From Dongiaceae bacterium (GTDB lineage: Bacteria > Pseudomonadota > Alphaproteobacteria > SHNJ01), in NCBI GenBank assembly GCA_050182275.1, contig JBFXCK010000002.1:86397-150396 (forward strand): a stretch of 64,000 nt of DNA, read 5' to 3'. Shown piece by piece: positions 39,520 to 54,183 of this stretch (position 1 is its first letter; the number at the start of each line of letters is the position of its first letter). Position numbers and translations under genes: made by a program. The notes beneath the pieces were generated by a model, which had not been told where the DNA came from, made no database searches, and worked only from the letters and a program-made list of their open reading frames with translations.

Positions 39520-40906
39520 CCGCCTCTAGACGGGCGATAACCTCATCCTTGCCGATCAGGCCTAATAAATCGGAAATTGGCAATTGCGTGATCGTGCCGG
39601 TTAAGGCGGCGCGTAAAGGCGGGAAGACTTGATTTAATTTCAAACCTTTGCCCTCGGCCCACACTTTGATCGCTTTTTCATCTTCGGGAAATTGCCAGGG
39701 CAGGCCGCTTAAGATTTGTTTTAATTCCTTCAAAACAATTTTGCTTTCCGAGGTTAAAGCCGCTTGCGCCTTGTCATCGAATGGCAGGGGGCGGGGGCGG
39801 ATCAAGGGCACAGCCATTTCCGCCAGCTCGATCAAAGTTTTAGCGCGGGGTTTGAGGGCCGGCATAGCAGCCTTTAAAAGTTCTTGGGCCGCTTTGTCCG
39901 GCGCTTGATTCAAAATATCTTTCACGTGCGGCAGGATTTCCTTTACCAAAGCCGCATCATCTTTGATGCGGATGTAATGCGCGTTCAGGCTTTGCAGCTT
40001 TACAATATCAAAGCGCGCGGGGTTTTTACCGATGTGGCTTAGATCAAACCATTTGATCGCCTGTTCGGTTGAAATAATTTCATCATCGCCATGCGACCAG
40101 CCCAGGCGCAACAAATAATTCCGCATTGCTTCCGGCAAAAAGCCCATTTTCGCATATTCGCCGACCGCGACCGTGCCGTGGCGTTTAGACATTTTACTGC
40201 CGTCCGGCCCATGAATAAGCGGTAAATGGGCAAATTCAGGCACTTTCCAACCCATTGCCTCATAAATTTGCTTTTGGCGGAAGGCGTTATTTAAATGGTC
40301 GTCACCCCGGATAACATGAGTGATATTCATATCATGATCATCCACCACCACCGCTAAATTATAGGTCGGCGTGCCATCGGCGCGGAGCAGGATTAAATCA
40401 TCGAGCTGTTCATTATTAACCGTAACCTCGCCTTCGACATGATCTTGAATCGTGGTCGAACCGGTTTGCGGCGCTTTTAAGCGGATCACCGGCTTTACGC
40501 CAGGCGGCGCTTCTTTCGGATCGCGATCGCGCCATCTTCCATCATAGCGGGGTTGTCTGCCCTCGGCCGTGGCTTTCTGACGCATCTCTTCCAATTCTTG
40601 CGGGCTGGCATAGCAATGATAGGCATTGCCGCGTTTTAGCATTTCATTAGCGACTTCAGCATGGCGGGCGGCGCGGGCGAGCTGGAATACAGGTTCGCCT
40701 TCCCAATCGATTTCCAGCCATTTTAAGCCTTCCAAAATCGCATCAACTGCTTCCTGGGTCGAGCGTTGTTGGTCGGTGTCCTCGATCCGCAGCAAAAATT
40801 TTCCGCCCTTGTTCTTGGTATACAACCAATTGAACAAAGCGGTTCTGGCGCCGCCAATATGCAGAAAACCGGTGGGGGAAGGGGCAAAACGGGTAATAAT
40901 AGACAT
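39512..40906 (-). CDS. gltX: Glutamyl-tRNA synthetase
   Basis: [27 protein letters not shown] (HIGH motif) and KMSKRHG motif. Confidence 0.95.
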   Translation of the reverse strand: MSIITRFAPSPTGFLHIGGARTALFNWLYTKNKGGKFLLRIEDTDQQRSTQEAVDAILEGLKWLEIDWEGEPVFQLARAARHAEVANEMLKRGNAYHCYASPQELEEMRQKATAEGRQPRYDGRWRDRDPKEAPPGVKPVIRLKAPQTGSTTIQDHVEGEVTVNNEQLDDLILLRADGTPTYNLAVVVDDHDMNITHVIRGDDHLNNAFRQKQIYEAMGWKVPEFAHLPLIHGPDGSKMSKRHGTVAVGEYAKMGFLPEAMRNYLLRLGWSHGDDEIISTEQAIKWFDLSHIGKNPARFDIVKLQSLNAHYIRIKDDAALVKEILPHVKDILNQAPDKAAQELLKAAMPALKPRAKTLIELAEMAVPLIRPRPLPFDDKAQAALTSESKIVLKELKQILSGLPWQFPEDEKAIKVWAEGKGLKLNQVFPPLRAALTGTITQLPISDLLGLIGKDEVIARLEAVI

Positions 40907-40934
40907 GGGCCTAACTTAAAAGTATTGTGACGCC

Positions 40935-43037
40935 GTGACAAGCAAGTTCTTCGCTTTCTTTTTGAATCAGCGCGAGCGGTGGTTTTTCTGGACGCCGGTA
41001 TTTTGGGCGCTGGGGATCGCCGGCTATTTTTCTTTGCCTGCCGAGCCTTCCGTCTTTCCCGTTGTTGCTATTACAGGTGGATTGGCGGCGATGTTTTTTT
41101 GGGCGTCGCGGCGGCAATCCATCATCCTATTCCCGGCTTTAATTGTGCTGTTAATGGCTTTGGGGTTTATAGCAGCCAGCTTCCGCACCGATTATTTGGC
41201 GACGCCTTTATTAACCGAACAAATCGGCCCCGTCCGCATTCAAGGAACAGTTTTGCGCGCGCAAAGCGAGGCAACCGAATCGGGCGGGCGGCTGACTTTG
41301 GGCGATATTCATTTCACCGAGCGGGAAGACCCGCCTATTTTAAAAACCGTGCGCATTCGCGTCCGCCAGGATTTAAAAGATTTTATCGCCGGCGACAGGA
41401 TAGAGGCGCTGGTGATTTTGCGCCCGCCGCCGGCGCCCGTGCTGCCCGGCTCGTTCGATTTTCAGCGTTACGCCTATTTTGAAAAAATCAGCGCTATGGG
41501 TTTTGCCTTGGGCGAGGTTCATAAGCTTGCTGAAACCGCGCCGTCTTCCTGGCGCTTGAAAATGGAGCTTTTGCGCGAAAGGATTATTCAGCGGGTTTAC
41601 AGCACGGTGAAAGATGGCGATAGCGCTGCGCTTACTGCCGCTTTAATCACCAATGAGCAGGCGGGTTTAAGCGACAAAGCGGCACAGGCGATGCGCGATT
41701 CGGGTTTGCAGCATATTTTATCGGTATCGGGCTTTCATTTAAGCTTGGTCGGCGGTTTTGTGTTTATTGTGGTGCGCTATTTTTTATTGTTATTTCCGGT
41801 TCTGGCCTTGCGGCATGATATTAAAAAATGGGCGGCAGCGGCGGCGCTTGTGGTGACGTTTTTATATTTAATCCTAGCCGGGATGGAAGTGCCGACCCAG
41901 CGCGCTTTTATTATGATCGCTTTTATTTTTATGGCGGTGCTGCTCGACCGGGTGGCGTTCAGTTTACGGCCTGTCGCCTGGGCGGCCTTGTTTATTTTGA
42001 TTTTGCAGCCCGATGCGCTGTTATCGGCCAGCTTTCAATTGTCTTTCGCCGCGGTGATCGCATTGATCGCGGCATTTGAGGCCTGGCAAAAACGTGGCGG
42101 GGAAAAGGCGCGCGGCGTGATGTCTTATCTTAGCCGCTATGTGATGGCGCTGGCTTTCAGTACCATCATCGCGACAGCAGCCACTTCGCCGATTGTGGCT
42201 TATCATTTTCACCGTTTCAGCGTTTACGGCCTTTTATCGAATTTTTTGGCCGCGCCCTTAAGCGGCGTATGGATCATGCCTTTGATGCTGGTGTCGCTTT
42301 TGCTGATGCCTTTTGGCTTGGATTATTGGCCTTTGGTGGCGATGGGCTGGGGCAGCAAGCTAACCCTCGATATCGCTTATTGGGTGGCTTCGCTAGAGGG
42401 AGCGGTGATTAACGTGCCGGCCTATCATGCGTTTTCTTTCGCCTGTTTTATCGCAGGTTTATTATGGCTGTGTTTATGGCAAGGGAAATTGCGGTTGAGT
42501 GGATTGGTGTTTGTAATTATCGGCGCCCTTGCGCTGCCTTTCACCCATCTGCCCGATATATTGCTAAGCCATAATGGCCGGTTATGGGGCATAAGGGACG
42601 AGGGCAGATTGATGGTTTCTTCTTTGCGCCGGGAAAAATTCATCGCCGAGCAATGGAGCCGCTATTATGGCCAGGAAAATATTTTGTCCTGGGATGATAA
42701 GGCCGCTTGCGACAGCACAGGCTGCATATGGATCAAAGACACCGCAAAAATTCTATTCGCCAAGCGCATGCAGGCGGCCTTTGAAGATTGCGGGAAGGTT
42801 GATTTCATTATTGCGCCGATGAGCCTTTATAACATTTGCCCGCAAACCCCCATCATTGATGCGCGCTTTTTGCGCCAAAGCGGGCCGGTGGCGTTGTTTA
42901 TTGATAAAGATAAAATCGAAATTATCACCGACCGGAGCTTGCGCGGCACGCGCCCCTGGGTAGTTGCGCCGCAAACTTACCGGAAATACAAGCCAAAGAC
43001 CGAAGAGCCGGCGGCGGAAACCGAGATTAGCGATTAA
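40935..43037 (+). CDS. comEC: ComEC/Rec2-family DNA internalisation protein
   Basis: 700 aa polytopic membrane protein with a competence-domain core (LQHILSVSGFHLSLVGG). The start is uncertain, as it lies only 28 bp from the divergent gltX start. Confidence 0.8.
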   Translation: MTSKFFAFFLNQRERWFFWTPVFWALGIAGYFSLPAEPSVFPVVAITGGLAAMFFWASRRQSIILFPALIVLLMALGFIAASFRTDYLATPLLTEQIGPVRIQGTVLRAQSEATESGGRLTLGDIHFTEREDPPILKTVRIRVRQDLKDFIAGDRIEALVILRPPPAPVLPGSFDFQRYAYFEKISAMGFALGEVHKLAETAPSSWRLKMELLRERIIQRVYSTVKDGDSAALTAALITNEQAGLSDKAAQAMRDSGLQHILSVSGFHLSLVGGFVFIVVRYFLLLFPVLALRHDIKKWAAAAALVVTFLYLILAGMEVPTQRAFIMIAFIFMAVLLDRVAFSLRPVAWAALFILILQPDALLSASFQLSFAAVIALIAAFEAWQKRGGEKARGVMSYLSRYVMALAFSTIIATAATSPIVAYHFHRFSVYGLLSNFLAAPLSGVWIMPLMLVSLLLMPFGLDYWPLVAMGWGSKLTLDIAYWVASLEGAVINVPAYHAFSFACFIAGLLWLCLWQGKLRLSGLVFVIIGALALPFTHLPDILLSHNGRLWGIRDEGRLMVSSLRREKFIAEQWSRYYGQENILSWDDKAACDSTGCIWIKDTAKILFAKRMQAAFEDCGKVDFIIAPMSLYNICPQTPIIDARFLRQSGPVALFIDKDKIEIITDRSLRGTRPWVVAPQTYRKYKPKTEEPAAETEISD

Positions 43038-43040
43038 GTT

Positions 43041-43688
43041 TTACGCCGCATATTTGCGCACCAAACCCACCATCACGCCCTGCACCTGCACGCGCTCAGG
43101 CTTAAAGCTTTGAACTTTGTAGCGTTTGTTGGAAGGTTCCAATTCAATTTTCCCGGCGCGGCGGCGAAGGGTTTTTAAGGTAACTTCCTCGCTGTCAACC
43201 AGGGCCACCACAATTGCGCCATTGTCGGCGTAATCGGTGCGGCGGATTAAAACCGTATCACCATCGAAAATACCGGCCTCGATCATGGAATCGCCGTCAA
43301 CTTCCAGGGCATAATGTTCGCCCCGGCCAACTAATTGGATGGGAACGTCAATATCATTGCCGGTTTCGCGGATCGCCTCAATCGGCGTGCCGGCGGCAAT
43401 GCGCCCCAAAAGGGGCACCCGAACTGCCTGGCCCAGCGTTTCACTGGCCTTTTTGATCGAGCCTTTGACCATGCCGGTGGCGCTGCGCACCACCTCAATC
43501 GCGCGGGCGCGGTTGGGCAGGCGGCGGATAAAGCCGCGTTCTTCCAGCGCCGTGATTAAACGGTGCACGCCCGATTTGGATTCAAGGCCAATCGCCCGTT
43601 TCATTTCTTCGAAGGAAGGGCAAATATGTTTGGTCTTGTAAGTTGTTTCGATAAATTGTAGCAATTTAAGCTGTTTGGCTGTGAGCAT
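43041..43688 (-). CDS. lexA: LexA repressor
   Basis: N-terminal wHTH. S24 peptidase Ser/Lys dyad region [17 protein letters not shown]. Confidence 0.95.
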   Translation of the reverse strand: MLTAKQLKLLQFIETTYKTKHICPSFEEMKRAIGLESKSGVHRLITALEERGFIRRLPNRARAIEVVRSATGMVKGSIKKASETLGQAVRVPLLGRIAAGTPIEAIRETGNDIDVPIQLVGRGEHYALEVDGDSMIEAGIFDGDTVLIRRTDYADNGAIVVALVDSEEVTLKTLRRRAGKIELEPSNKRYKVQSFKPERVQVQGVMVGLVRKYAA

Positions 43689-43716
43689 GGGAATAATCCT
43701 CCATTCCTGAATTCAC

Positions 43717-43731
43717 GTTCTATTTTAGTTC
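43717..43731 (-). promoter_or_regulatory. Alphaproteobacterial SOS box (GTTC-N7-GTTC), 29 bp upstream of the lexA start
   Basis: GTTCTATTTTAGTTC. Confidence 0.7.
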
Positions 43732-43789
43732 TTAGGCTTCGTCAAGTCAAATTCGTTTAGGGTATGTTCTTTCCACCGGATAGGGGTAT

Positions 43790-44821
43790 ATGAACCCGTT
43801 TTTTAAACCTCCTTATCGCCAAAAGCAACAAGAGCCTAGGCTGCTTTCTTGGACTTCGATTGCTTTAGTCATTTTATTACCTTTACTGATAGGCTTTGGG
43901 GCAGGGTACTGGCTTCGTCCCACCGTAGAGGAAGCCCGGCTGCCGCCGGAAGAGCATGTATATATACCCCCAGAAATGCCGCCGGAAGAGCCGGTAGCGG
44001 AGATACCCGCCTTGTCCCCACCTCCGCCGCCCGAACCTTCTGTCGAGCCTGCCTGGCAGCGCTATGCGGTAAAGGTGAATATTGATCCGAAATCTCCAAA
44101 AATAGCTTTACTTATCGATGATATGGGCGTCGATCTTAAACATAGCCGTGAGATATTAGATTTACCGGCCCCCTTAACCCTTGCCTATTTGCCTTATTCG
44201 CATGGCCTAACCCGCCAAAGCGCCCAAGCCCATCTAAGGGGGCATGAATTAATGCTGCATTTGCCGATGCAACCTTTGTCGGCCGATGAATATCCGGGGC
44301 CAAGGGCTTTGCTGGTATCGCAAAGCGATGAGGAAATAAGGCAGAATTTATTATTTAATCTCGACCGGCTAAGCGGATATACCGGCGTTAATAATCATAT
44401 GGGCAGCCGCTTTACGGCCGACGCCAGGCGGATGCGCCTGGTTTTAGAGATATTAAAGCAGCGCGGCCTATTTTTCCTTGATTCCCGTACCAATGGCAAA
44501 AGCCAAGCCGAAAAAGTGGCGGCGGAATTAGGCATGCCGCATTTGGGTCGCGATGTTTTTATCGATGACGACGATACGCCCGAGGCGATTGCCCGGCAAT
44601 TGCGCGCCATGGAAAAAATCGCCAAAAAGCATGGCCAGGTTATTGGCATTGCGCATCCACGCCGCGCGACGGTTCCGGCTTTGCGCGAATGGATCCCGAA
44701 AATGCAGGCGCAAGGCTTCGCCTTCGTGCCGATTAGCTATATTGTTGCGCGGAAAGAAAAGGTGGCTCCTAGCCAGCCGGAAATAACTGGCGCAGGCGTT
44801 CCGGATATTCCCGCGCGTTGA
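43790..44821 (+). CDS. Divergent polysaccharide deacetylase family protein (YibQ-like) with a Pro-rich N-terminal linker
   Basis: N-terminal TM segment, then a PPEEP-rich region, then IALLIDDMG...LAYLPY...NNHMGSRFT motifs. Confidence 0.8.
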   Translation: MNPFFKPPYRQKQQEPRLLSWTSIALVILLPLLIGFGAGYWLRPTVEEARLPPEEHVYIPPEMPPEEPVAEIPALSPPPPPEPSVEPAWQRYAVKVNIDPKSPKIALLIDDMGVDLKHSREILDLPAPLTLAYLPYSHGLTRQSAQAHLRGHELMLHLPMQPLSADEYPGPRALLVSQSDEEIRQNLLFNLDRLSGYTGVNNHMGSRFTADARRMRLVLEILKQRGLFFLDSRTNGKSQAEKVAAELGMPHLGRDVFIDDDDTPEAIARQLRAMEKIAKKHGQVIGIAHPRRATVPALREWIPKMQAQGFAFVPISYIVARKEKVAPSQPEITGAGVPDIPAR

Positions 44822-46631
44822 AGAGTTCATACAAAGCGCCGACCCATTCGGTCAGCAAATCATTTTGAATGGCTTGATTTTTACCCTTGGCCGCCGTCAT
44901 TGGCTTGATTTTCGGCGTTACTACTTTTTTTAACACCGCGATAGTTAGGCCATTTTCCGTTTCAATCATCGCCGCTTGGCCTTTTTGCAAGGCAAAGATT
45001 TGCCCCATCAAACGTGGATTGAGGCTTTTATCTTCGCGGCCCACCAAGGGCGAAGTTGAAACTTTGCCGTTCAGTTGATTCGCAATCTTGCCAACGCTTT
45101 CGCCGGCATTCAAATCTTTAACGGCTTTAACGGCATCTTCGCGGGCGCGGAATTTTTGCTGCTCGGCCTGCCAAGCGGCAATTGCGGCCGGGCGTATTTG
45201 CGCCATGGGTTTGAGCCGCCTTTCTTCCAGCGCGTCGGTGCGCACCACAAAATAAGCGCCATCCTTCAATTCTTGCCAGCCGCTGTCTTGCCCTTGCGGA
45301 GTGCGGAAGGCGGCGGCCAGGAAGGCTTTTTCATCGCTGACGGGCAATATCGCCGGCTGGCCGGCCTTGGTTTTACCATCCGGGTCGATGCCCTTGACGG
45401 TATAAATGCTTAAGTCAAATTCCTTAGCCAATTCTTCTAATTTTGCGCCGCTGGCGAGACGGTCTTGCACGTCGTTGGCCAGTTTATAAATTTGTTCTTC
45501 AGCATTTCTTTGTTGCACGGCCATACGCAATTCGTTTTTAACCGTGTCGAAGCTTTTGGTTGATTGGGGCACAATTTTTTTAATCTCCAACACATGCCAG
45601 CCTAAATCGGTTTTGACCGGGCCGATAATACCGGTCTCAGAGGTGCTTAAGACCGCCTTGCCGATTTCATCGGACATTTCGTTGGCGCGAAGGGTGCCAA
45701 GCTCGATCACCTTTTGCGGCGGTTTTAAACTGGCGGCGGCGGCTGATAAACTCTTGGCCGATTTGGCGGCTTTATAAGCTGCTTGGGCAGCTTTTTCATC
45801 CGGGAATAATAGCTGGTTCAGCACGCGGCCTTCGGGAATTTGAAAGGCGGATAAGTTTTTTTCATATTCATCGCGCAATTCTTCTTCGCTGACTTTGGCG
45901 CGGGCGGCAATGTTTTTGGCGGTGAAACTGACAGCGGTTAAATCGCGGTATTCCGGCGTGGAATATTGCGCGCGGCGGGTTTCAAGGAATTCTTCCAATT
46001 CACCGTCGCTGGGGGTTCCAACATTTTTAACCGCGCTATAGGGCAGCTCGATAATATCCGCCTGGCGCTGTTGCTGGGCAAAGGCGGCGCCTGCGGCCTC
46101 GATCGCGGGCAGGGTATAGCCGTGATCGCTGAAAATCGTGGCTAGTTGCGTATCGCTCCAATCCTGGCGGAGCATGGCCAGGAAAGAAGATTCGTTTAAA
46201 TTATTGGTGCGTAAGAAATTCTTGAAAGCATCGGGGCTGAATTTCCCATCGTGTTGAAAGGAGGGATATTTGCGGATCATGTCTTTAATCACGCTGTCTG
46301 GAACGCTTAAACCGATTCTTTTGGTTTCGCGCACTTTTAATTCATTGGTCAGCCATTGCCGCACCACATTTTGAGCCAGCAGCGGGCGCAGTTGCTTTAA
46401 AGCTTCTACATTATTGCCCATGCTTGGCAACAAACGCTCTGCTTCGCGTTCGGCGCCTTGCTGCACCATATCGGTAGTTAAAACGCTGCGTCCCACTTCC
46501 GCCACCGCATTAGAGTTAAATTCGGCGCGGATTGATGAATCCATCCCCCAGCCGACAAAGCTGAGGATAAGCAAGAGGCCGATAATCTTAGAAACCCATG
46601 ATTGGGAAAAAGCGCGCATTTGTCGCAGCAT
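44769..46631 (-). CDS. PpiD-like periplasmic chaperone / peptidyl-prolyl isomerase
   Basis: N-terminal TM anchor, SurA-N-like domain, and a parvulin-like region. 620 aa. Confidence 0.8.
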   Translation of the reverse strand: MLRQMRAFSQSWVSKIIGLLLILSFVGWGMDSSIRAEFNSNAVAEVGRSVLTTDMVQQGAEREAERLLPSMGNNVEALKQLRPLLAQNVVRQWLTNELKVRETKRIGLSVPDSVIKDMIRKYPSFQHDGKFSPDAFKNFLRTNNLNESSFLAMLRQDWSDTQLATIFSDHGYTLPAIEAAGAAFAQQQRQADIIELPYSAVKNVGTPSDGELEEFLETRRAQYSTPEYRDLTAVSFTAKNIAARAKVSEEELRDEYEKNLSAFQIPEGRVLNQLLFPDEKAAQAAYKAAKSAKSLSAAAASLKPPQKVIELGTLRANEMSDEIGKAVLSTSETGIIGPVKTDLGWHVLEIKKIVPQSTKSFDTVKNELRMAVQQRNAEEQIYKLANDVQDRLASGAKLEELAKEFDLSIYTVKGIDPDGKTKAGQPAILPVSDEKAFLAAAFRTPQGQDSGWQELKDGAYFVVRTDALEERRLKPMAQIRPAAIAAWQAEQQKFRAREDAVKAVKDLNAGESVGKIANQLNGKVSTSPLVGREDKSLNPRLMGQIFALQKGQAAMIETENGLTIAVLKKVVTPKIKPMTAAKGKNQAIQNDLLTEWVGALYELFNAREYPERLRQLFPAG

Positions 46632-46650
46632 AAATAATATTCCTACCTTT

Positions 46651-46726
46651 GCTCATCCTGAGCTTGTCGAAGGATGAGTTTTGTATATCGGAGCCAACCC
46701 CATGGTTCGACAGGCTCACCATGAGC
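46651..46726. repeat. Paired palindromic hairpin repeat, locus 3
   Basis: gctcatcctgagcttgtcgaaggatgag and ccatggttcgacaggctcaccatgagc, upstream of tpiA. Confidence 0.6.
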
Positions 46727-46819
46727 AAGAAGGGGTTTAATGAAAAACCGGGGCCAGTATGCTGAAGCGGGGCGCTGATGCAAGTGGAAAAATAATCGGG
46801 ACTATGCTAGGAAGTCGGC

Positions 46820-47530
46820 ATGACCCAACTTCTTATCGCTAATTGGAAAATGAACGGCAGCAAGGCCGGAGTTCTGGCCTATGCCGCCGAATTGTTAAAT
46901 TTTATGGCGGCGGAGGGTAAATCACATCAAATGGTGATTTGTCCGCCCTTTCCGTATTTAGATATAGTGGCGGAAAATCTTGACGGCAGCGCCGTTCAGT
47001 TGGGCGCGCAAGATTGCCATACCCAGGAAAAAGGTGCATTTACGGGCGATATTTCCGCCCCCATGTTGGCCGATATGGGCTGTAAATATGTTATCGTCGG
47101 CCATTCCGAGCGCCGCCAATATCACGGCGAATCTGATGATTTAATCGCGCAGAAATTGCAAAGTGCGCAAAAGGCGGGCTTGATCCCCATTTTATGCATT
47201 GGCGAGACGGGGGAGGAGCGTAAGGCGAATAAAACCCTTTCCGTTCTTAGCCGTCAATTAAAAATCGCCGCGGGTGATCTGGTGATTGCCTATGAACCGG
47301 TATGGGCAATTGGCACGGGCTTAACCCCAAGCGCTGCTGAAATTGAAGCGGCTCACCGCCATATCCGTCAGGAATTGAAAACCAACAAAGCGCCGATTCT
47401 GTATGGCGGGTCGGTCAAGCCAGAAAATGCACAGGAGATTTTCGCCATTCCCGGGGTCGATGGCGCCTTGGTTGGGGGGGCAAGCCTAAAAGCCGCTGAT
47501 TTCATGGCTCTTTACCGGGCTTGCCGGTAA
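46820..47530 (+). CDS. tpiA: Triosephosphate isomerase
   Basis: NWKMNG...GHSERR...AYEPVWAIGTG motifs. Confidence 0.95.
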   Translation: MTQLLIANWKMNGSKAGVLAYAAELLNFMAAEGKSHQMVICPPFPYLDIVAENLDGSAVQLGAQDCHTQEKGAFTGDISAPMLADMGCKYVIVGHSERRQYHGESDDLIAQKLQSAQKAGLIPILCIGETGEERKANKTLSVLSRQLKIAAGDLVIAYEPVWAIGTGLTPSAAEIEAAHRHIRQELKTNKAPILYGGSVKPENAQEIFAIPGVDGALVGGASLKAADFMALYRACR

Positions 47531-47611
47531 AATTTTTTGCTAAAATTCCCCTAGCAAATTAGGCCAGAAACCGCTAAAACACTTTGATTCATTTAACGGA
47601 AGAGAAAAGCA

Positions 47612-47938
47612 ATGGAATCGATCCTGCTGGTGATACATTTATTGGTGGCTTTGGCCCTGATCGGCCTTATTTTAATTCAGCGCAGCGAAGGCGGCGGCCT
47701 TGGCATCGGCGGCGGCGGCATGGGCAGCTTGCTTGGCGCTAGAGGTACGGCAAATTTATTAACCCGCGCCACGGCGATTTTGGCGACCGCTTTTATCGCT
47801 ACCAGTATTTTATTGGCGATTATTGCGACGCACCGCAGCGGCATTAGCAGCATCGCCGATACAATTACGGCGGCGGAACCGGTGCAAACCGCCCCTGCAC
47901 CCGGAACGGAGATTCCCGATGCGCCATTATCTAAATAA
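47612..47938 (+). CDS. secG: Preprotein translocase subunit SecG
   Basis: LILIQRSEGGGLG motif. Two TM segments. Position tpiA-secG-pyrG. Confidence 0.9.
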   Translation: MESILLVIHLLVALALIGLILIQRSEGGGLGIGGGGMGSLLGARGTANLLTRATAILATAFIATSILLAIIATHRSGISSIADTITAAEPVQTAPAPGTEIPDAPLSK

Positions 47939-47945
47939 CTCATAA

Positions 47946-49610
<1,665 letters not shown>

Positions 49611-49611
49611 A

Positions 49612-51757
<2,146 letters not shown>

Positions 51758-52426
51758 GTGCTGCCCGGGCCGCACGAAAAGATCGTTTATACCGGCGAAA
51801 GCCTGCGCTTTGCTTGGCAAAAGACCAAGGAAAACCTTGGGTTTTTGATCGTTTTTTGGCTGCTATATCTCGCCTTGATGGCTTTCGCTTCTTGGGCATT
51901 GGAAATTATTTTTCCGGGCGAGGGGGGCAATGAAACCATCCGCCAAATTTTGAATTGGGTAACAACGATTTTTTTAGGCATGGGCGTTACTAAAATTCAT
52001 TTGGATATTGTTGACGGCAAAAAGCCCAGCCTGAACGATATTTTGGCGACCCTGCCTTATTTTATTAATTTTTTGATTACAAGCACATTATATACGCTTA
52101 TCACGATAGCGGGATTTATTCTTCTTATTATTCCGGGCGTCATTTGGTTCTATAAATATTTGCTATCGCCTTATTTCGTGATCGATAAAAATATGGATCC
52201 AATTGCAGCCCTGAAGGCCAGCGCCAAGGCGACTCGGGGAGAGAAATTTAATTTGTTCATTCTTACCTCAACTTTTCCGCTCATTATATTCTTAGGTGTT
52301 TTAGCCTTGGGAATCGGGATATTGGTTGCCATGCCGGTTGTATATTTGGCCCAGGCCTATGTCTACCGCCGGCTTGAAGAAAGAATGATCGAGCCTTTAA
52401 CTTTCCCAACCGCCCATGCACAATAA
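51758..52426 (+). CDS. Hypothetical polytopic membrane protein (GTG start)
   Basis: 222 aa with several hydrophobic spans. No diagnostic motif. Confidence 0.45.
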   Translation: MLPGPHEKIVYTGESLRFAWQKTKENLGFLIVFWLLYLALMAFASWALEIIFPGEGGNETIRQILNWVTTIFLGMGVTKIHLDIVDGKKPSLNDILATLPYFINFLITSTLYTLITIAGFILLIIPGVIWFYKYLLSPYFVIDKNMDPIAALKASAKATRGEKFNLFILTSTFPLIIFLGVLALGIGILVAMPVVYLAQAYVYRRLEERMIEPLTFPTAHAQ

Positions 52427-52760
52427 CAAGCCTTTGCGCCGTTTATTGCCGACTATTTTAATCGCCTTGGTGTTGGGCTATTTCGCTTATCATGCGATTC
52501 AGGGCGACCGGGGGTTAATTACGTATTTTCGCTTGCGCGCCGATCTTAATAAGTCGGAAATTCAGCGCGATGAATTGGCCATTAAGCGCCAGCAATTGGA
52601 AAGCGAAGTGCAGCAGCTTCGCCCCGATCATGTTGATCCCGACCGTTTGGAAGAAGAAGCCAAACGCAGTTTAGGCTATGCTAAGAAAAATGAATTGATG
52701 ATTGTTTTGCCGAAAGCCCAGCCGCCAGCCAATGACCCATCTGCAGCCGCCGTCAAGTAA
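52416..52760 (+). CDS. ftsB: Cell division protein FtsB (septum formation initiator family)
   Basis: Single TM segment followed by a coiled coil. Position downstream of eno. Confidence 0.8.
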   Translation: MHNNKPLRRLLPTILIALVLGYFAYHAIQGDRGLITYFRLRADLNKSEIQRDELAIKRQQLESEVQQLRPDHVDPDRLEEEAKRSLGYAKKNELMIVLPKAQPPANDPSAAAVK

Positions 52761-54183
52761 TCAAATTTTGCTTACCGCCGCTAAAATGCGGGCGGCCGAG
52801 GGGCGCTTATTCGCCTCCGGCATTCCCACCCAAGATTTAATGGCGCGGGCGGGGGAGGAAGTGGCGAAATTCGTTCATCACCGCTACCATGGCAGCTCGA
52901 TTCTTGTTTTATGCGGCCCCGGCAATAATGGCGGGGATGGGTTTATCGCCGCCAAACATTTGCGTAAAGGCGGGCATGCCGTGACCGTCTGTTTGCTGGC
53001 CGAAGAAAATAAATTAAAGGGCGATGCCGCCTGGGCGCGCGCTGAATGGGGCGGGGCTGTTGTTCCTTTCGCGCCAGCATTATTTGAAAATCATGAGATT
53101 ATTATTGATGCGATTTTTGGCATTGGCTTGAACAAGCCGATCACCGGCGGTTTGGCGACCGTGATCGCCATGCTGCATTTGCAAACCAAGCCGGTTATCG
53201 CCATTGATGTGCCAAGCGGCATTGATGCCGATAGCGGGGAGATTTTGGGCATGGCGGTGAAGGCGACTTCCACCGTTACTTTTGCAGGCCCAAAGCTTGG
53301 CCATTATCTTTATCCCGGCCGGGCGCATAGCGGGGAATTGGTGGTGGCCGATATTGGGCTTGGGCCTTTGCTGGCGCAGGAAGAACCGGTGCATTTTTTA
53401 AATTCGCTTGATCTTTGGGCGCATCTGATTCCCCAACAGGATTGGCAAACCAATAAATATAGCCGCGGTAAATTACTGGTGGCGGGCGGAAAAATGATTG
53501 GCGCCGCCATTTTATCGGTACAGGCGGCGCGCAAAATTGGCGCCGGTTATGTAAGTTTGGTAACGCCCAAGCGTTTGGCTAAAACCGTTTCCATTGTGCA
53601 TCCCGGAATTGTTACGCATGGCGCGAATTTTTCCCTGAAGTGGGGGCGGTATTTGCGCGATCCCCGGATTCGGGCGGTTTTGCTGGGGCCGGGTTTGGGG
53701 CGTAAAAAATCTTGGGTATTAAGGGCTTTGGCGCGCGGTTTGCCAACTGTGCTGGATGCTGATGCCTTAACAATTTTTATCGACCGCTCCTGGCAATTAT
53801 TTAATGCGATTCAGGCGCCAACGGTGCTAACGCCCCATGCCGGGGAATTTGCACGGCTGTTTCCGGAAGTGTCCGGCGGCAAGGTAGAGCAGGCGGTGAT
53901 GGCCGCCCGTATCAGCGGTGCGGTGGTCGTGTTCAAAGGGGCGGATACTGTTATCGCCAACCCCGATGGAAGGGCGATCATCAATATCAACGCCTCGCCC
54001 AGTTTGGCCACTGCGGGTACGGGCGATATTTTGGCCGGAATGATCGCAGGGCTTATGGCGCAAGGCATGCCGGCCTTTGAGGCCGCCGCCGCCGCGGTAT
54101 GGATGCATGCCGAAGCCGCAACCTATGTAGGCCGCGGATTAATCGCCGAAGATTTATTATCGCAATTACCTGTCGTTGCCTGA
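52732..54183 (+). CDS. nnr: Bifunctional NAD(P)H-hydrate repair enzyme Nnr (epimerase plus ADP-dependent dehydratase)
   Basis: N-terminal YjeF-N region (LVLCGPGNNGGDG) and C-terminal carbohydrate-kinase-like region (GTGDILAG). The start is uncertain because it overlaps the ftsB 3' end. Confidence 0.85.
   Translation: MTHLQPPSSNQILLTAAKMRAAEGRLFASGIPTQDLMARAGEEVAKFVHHRYHGSSILVLCGPGNNGGDGFIAAKHLRKGGHAVTVCLLAEENKLKGDAAWARAEWGGAVVPFAPALFENHEIIIDAIFGIGLNKPITGGLATVIAMLHLQTKPVIAIDVPSGIDADSGEILGMAVKATSTVTFAGPKLGHYLYPGRAHSGELVVADIGLGPLLAQEEPVHFLNSLDLWAHLIPQQDWQTNKYSRGKLLVAGGKMIGAAILSVQAARKIGAGYVSLVTPKRLAKTVSIVHPGIVTHGANFSLKWGRYLRDPRIRAVLLGPGLGRKKSWVLRALARGLPTVLDADALTIFIDRSWQLFNAIQAPTVLTPHAGEFARLFPEVSGGKVEQAVMAARISGAVVVFKGADTVIANPDGRAIININASPSLATAGTGDILAGMIAGLMAQGMPAFEAAAAAVWMHAEAATYVGRGLIAEDLLSQLPVVA

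Noticed and set aside
40979-42212. Alternative-frame ORFs inside comEC (40979..41482 +, 41828..42079 +, 42021..42212 -)
   Set aside because: They are Arg/Gly-rich out-of-frame translations of a membrane-protein gene and are spurious.
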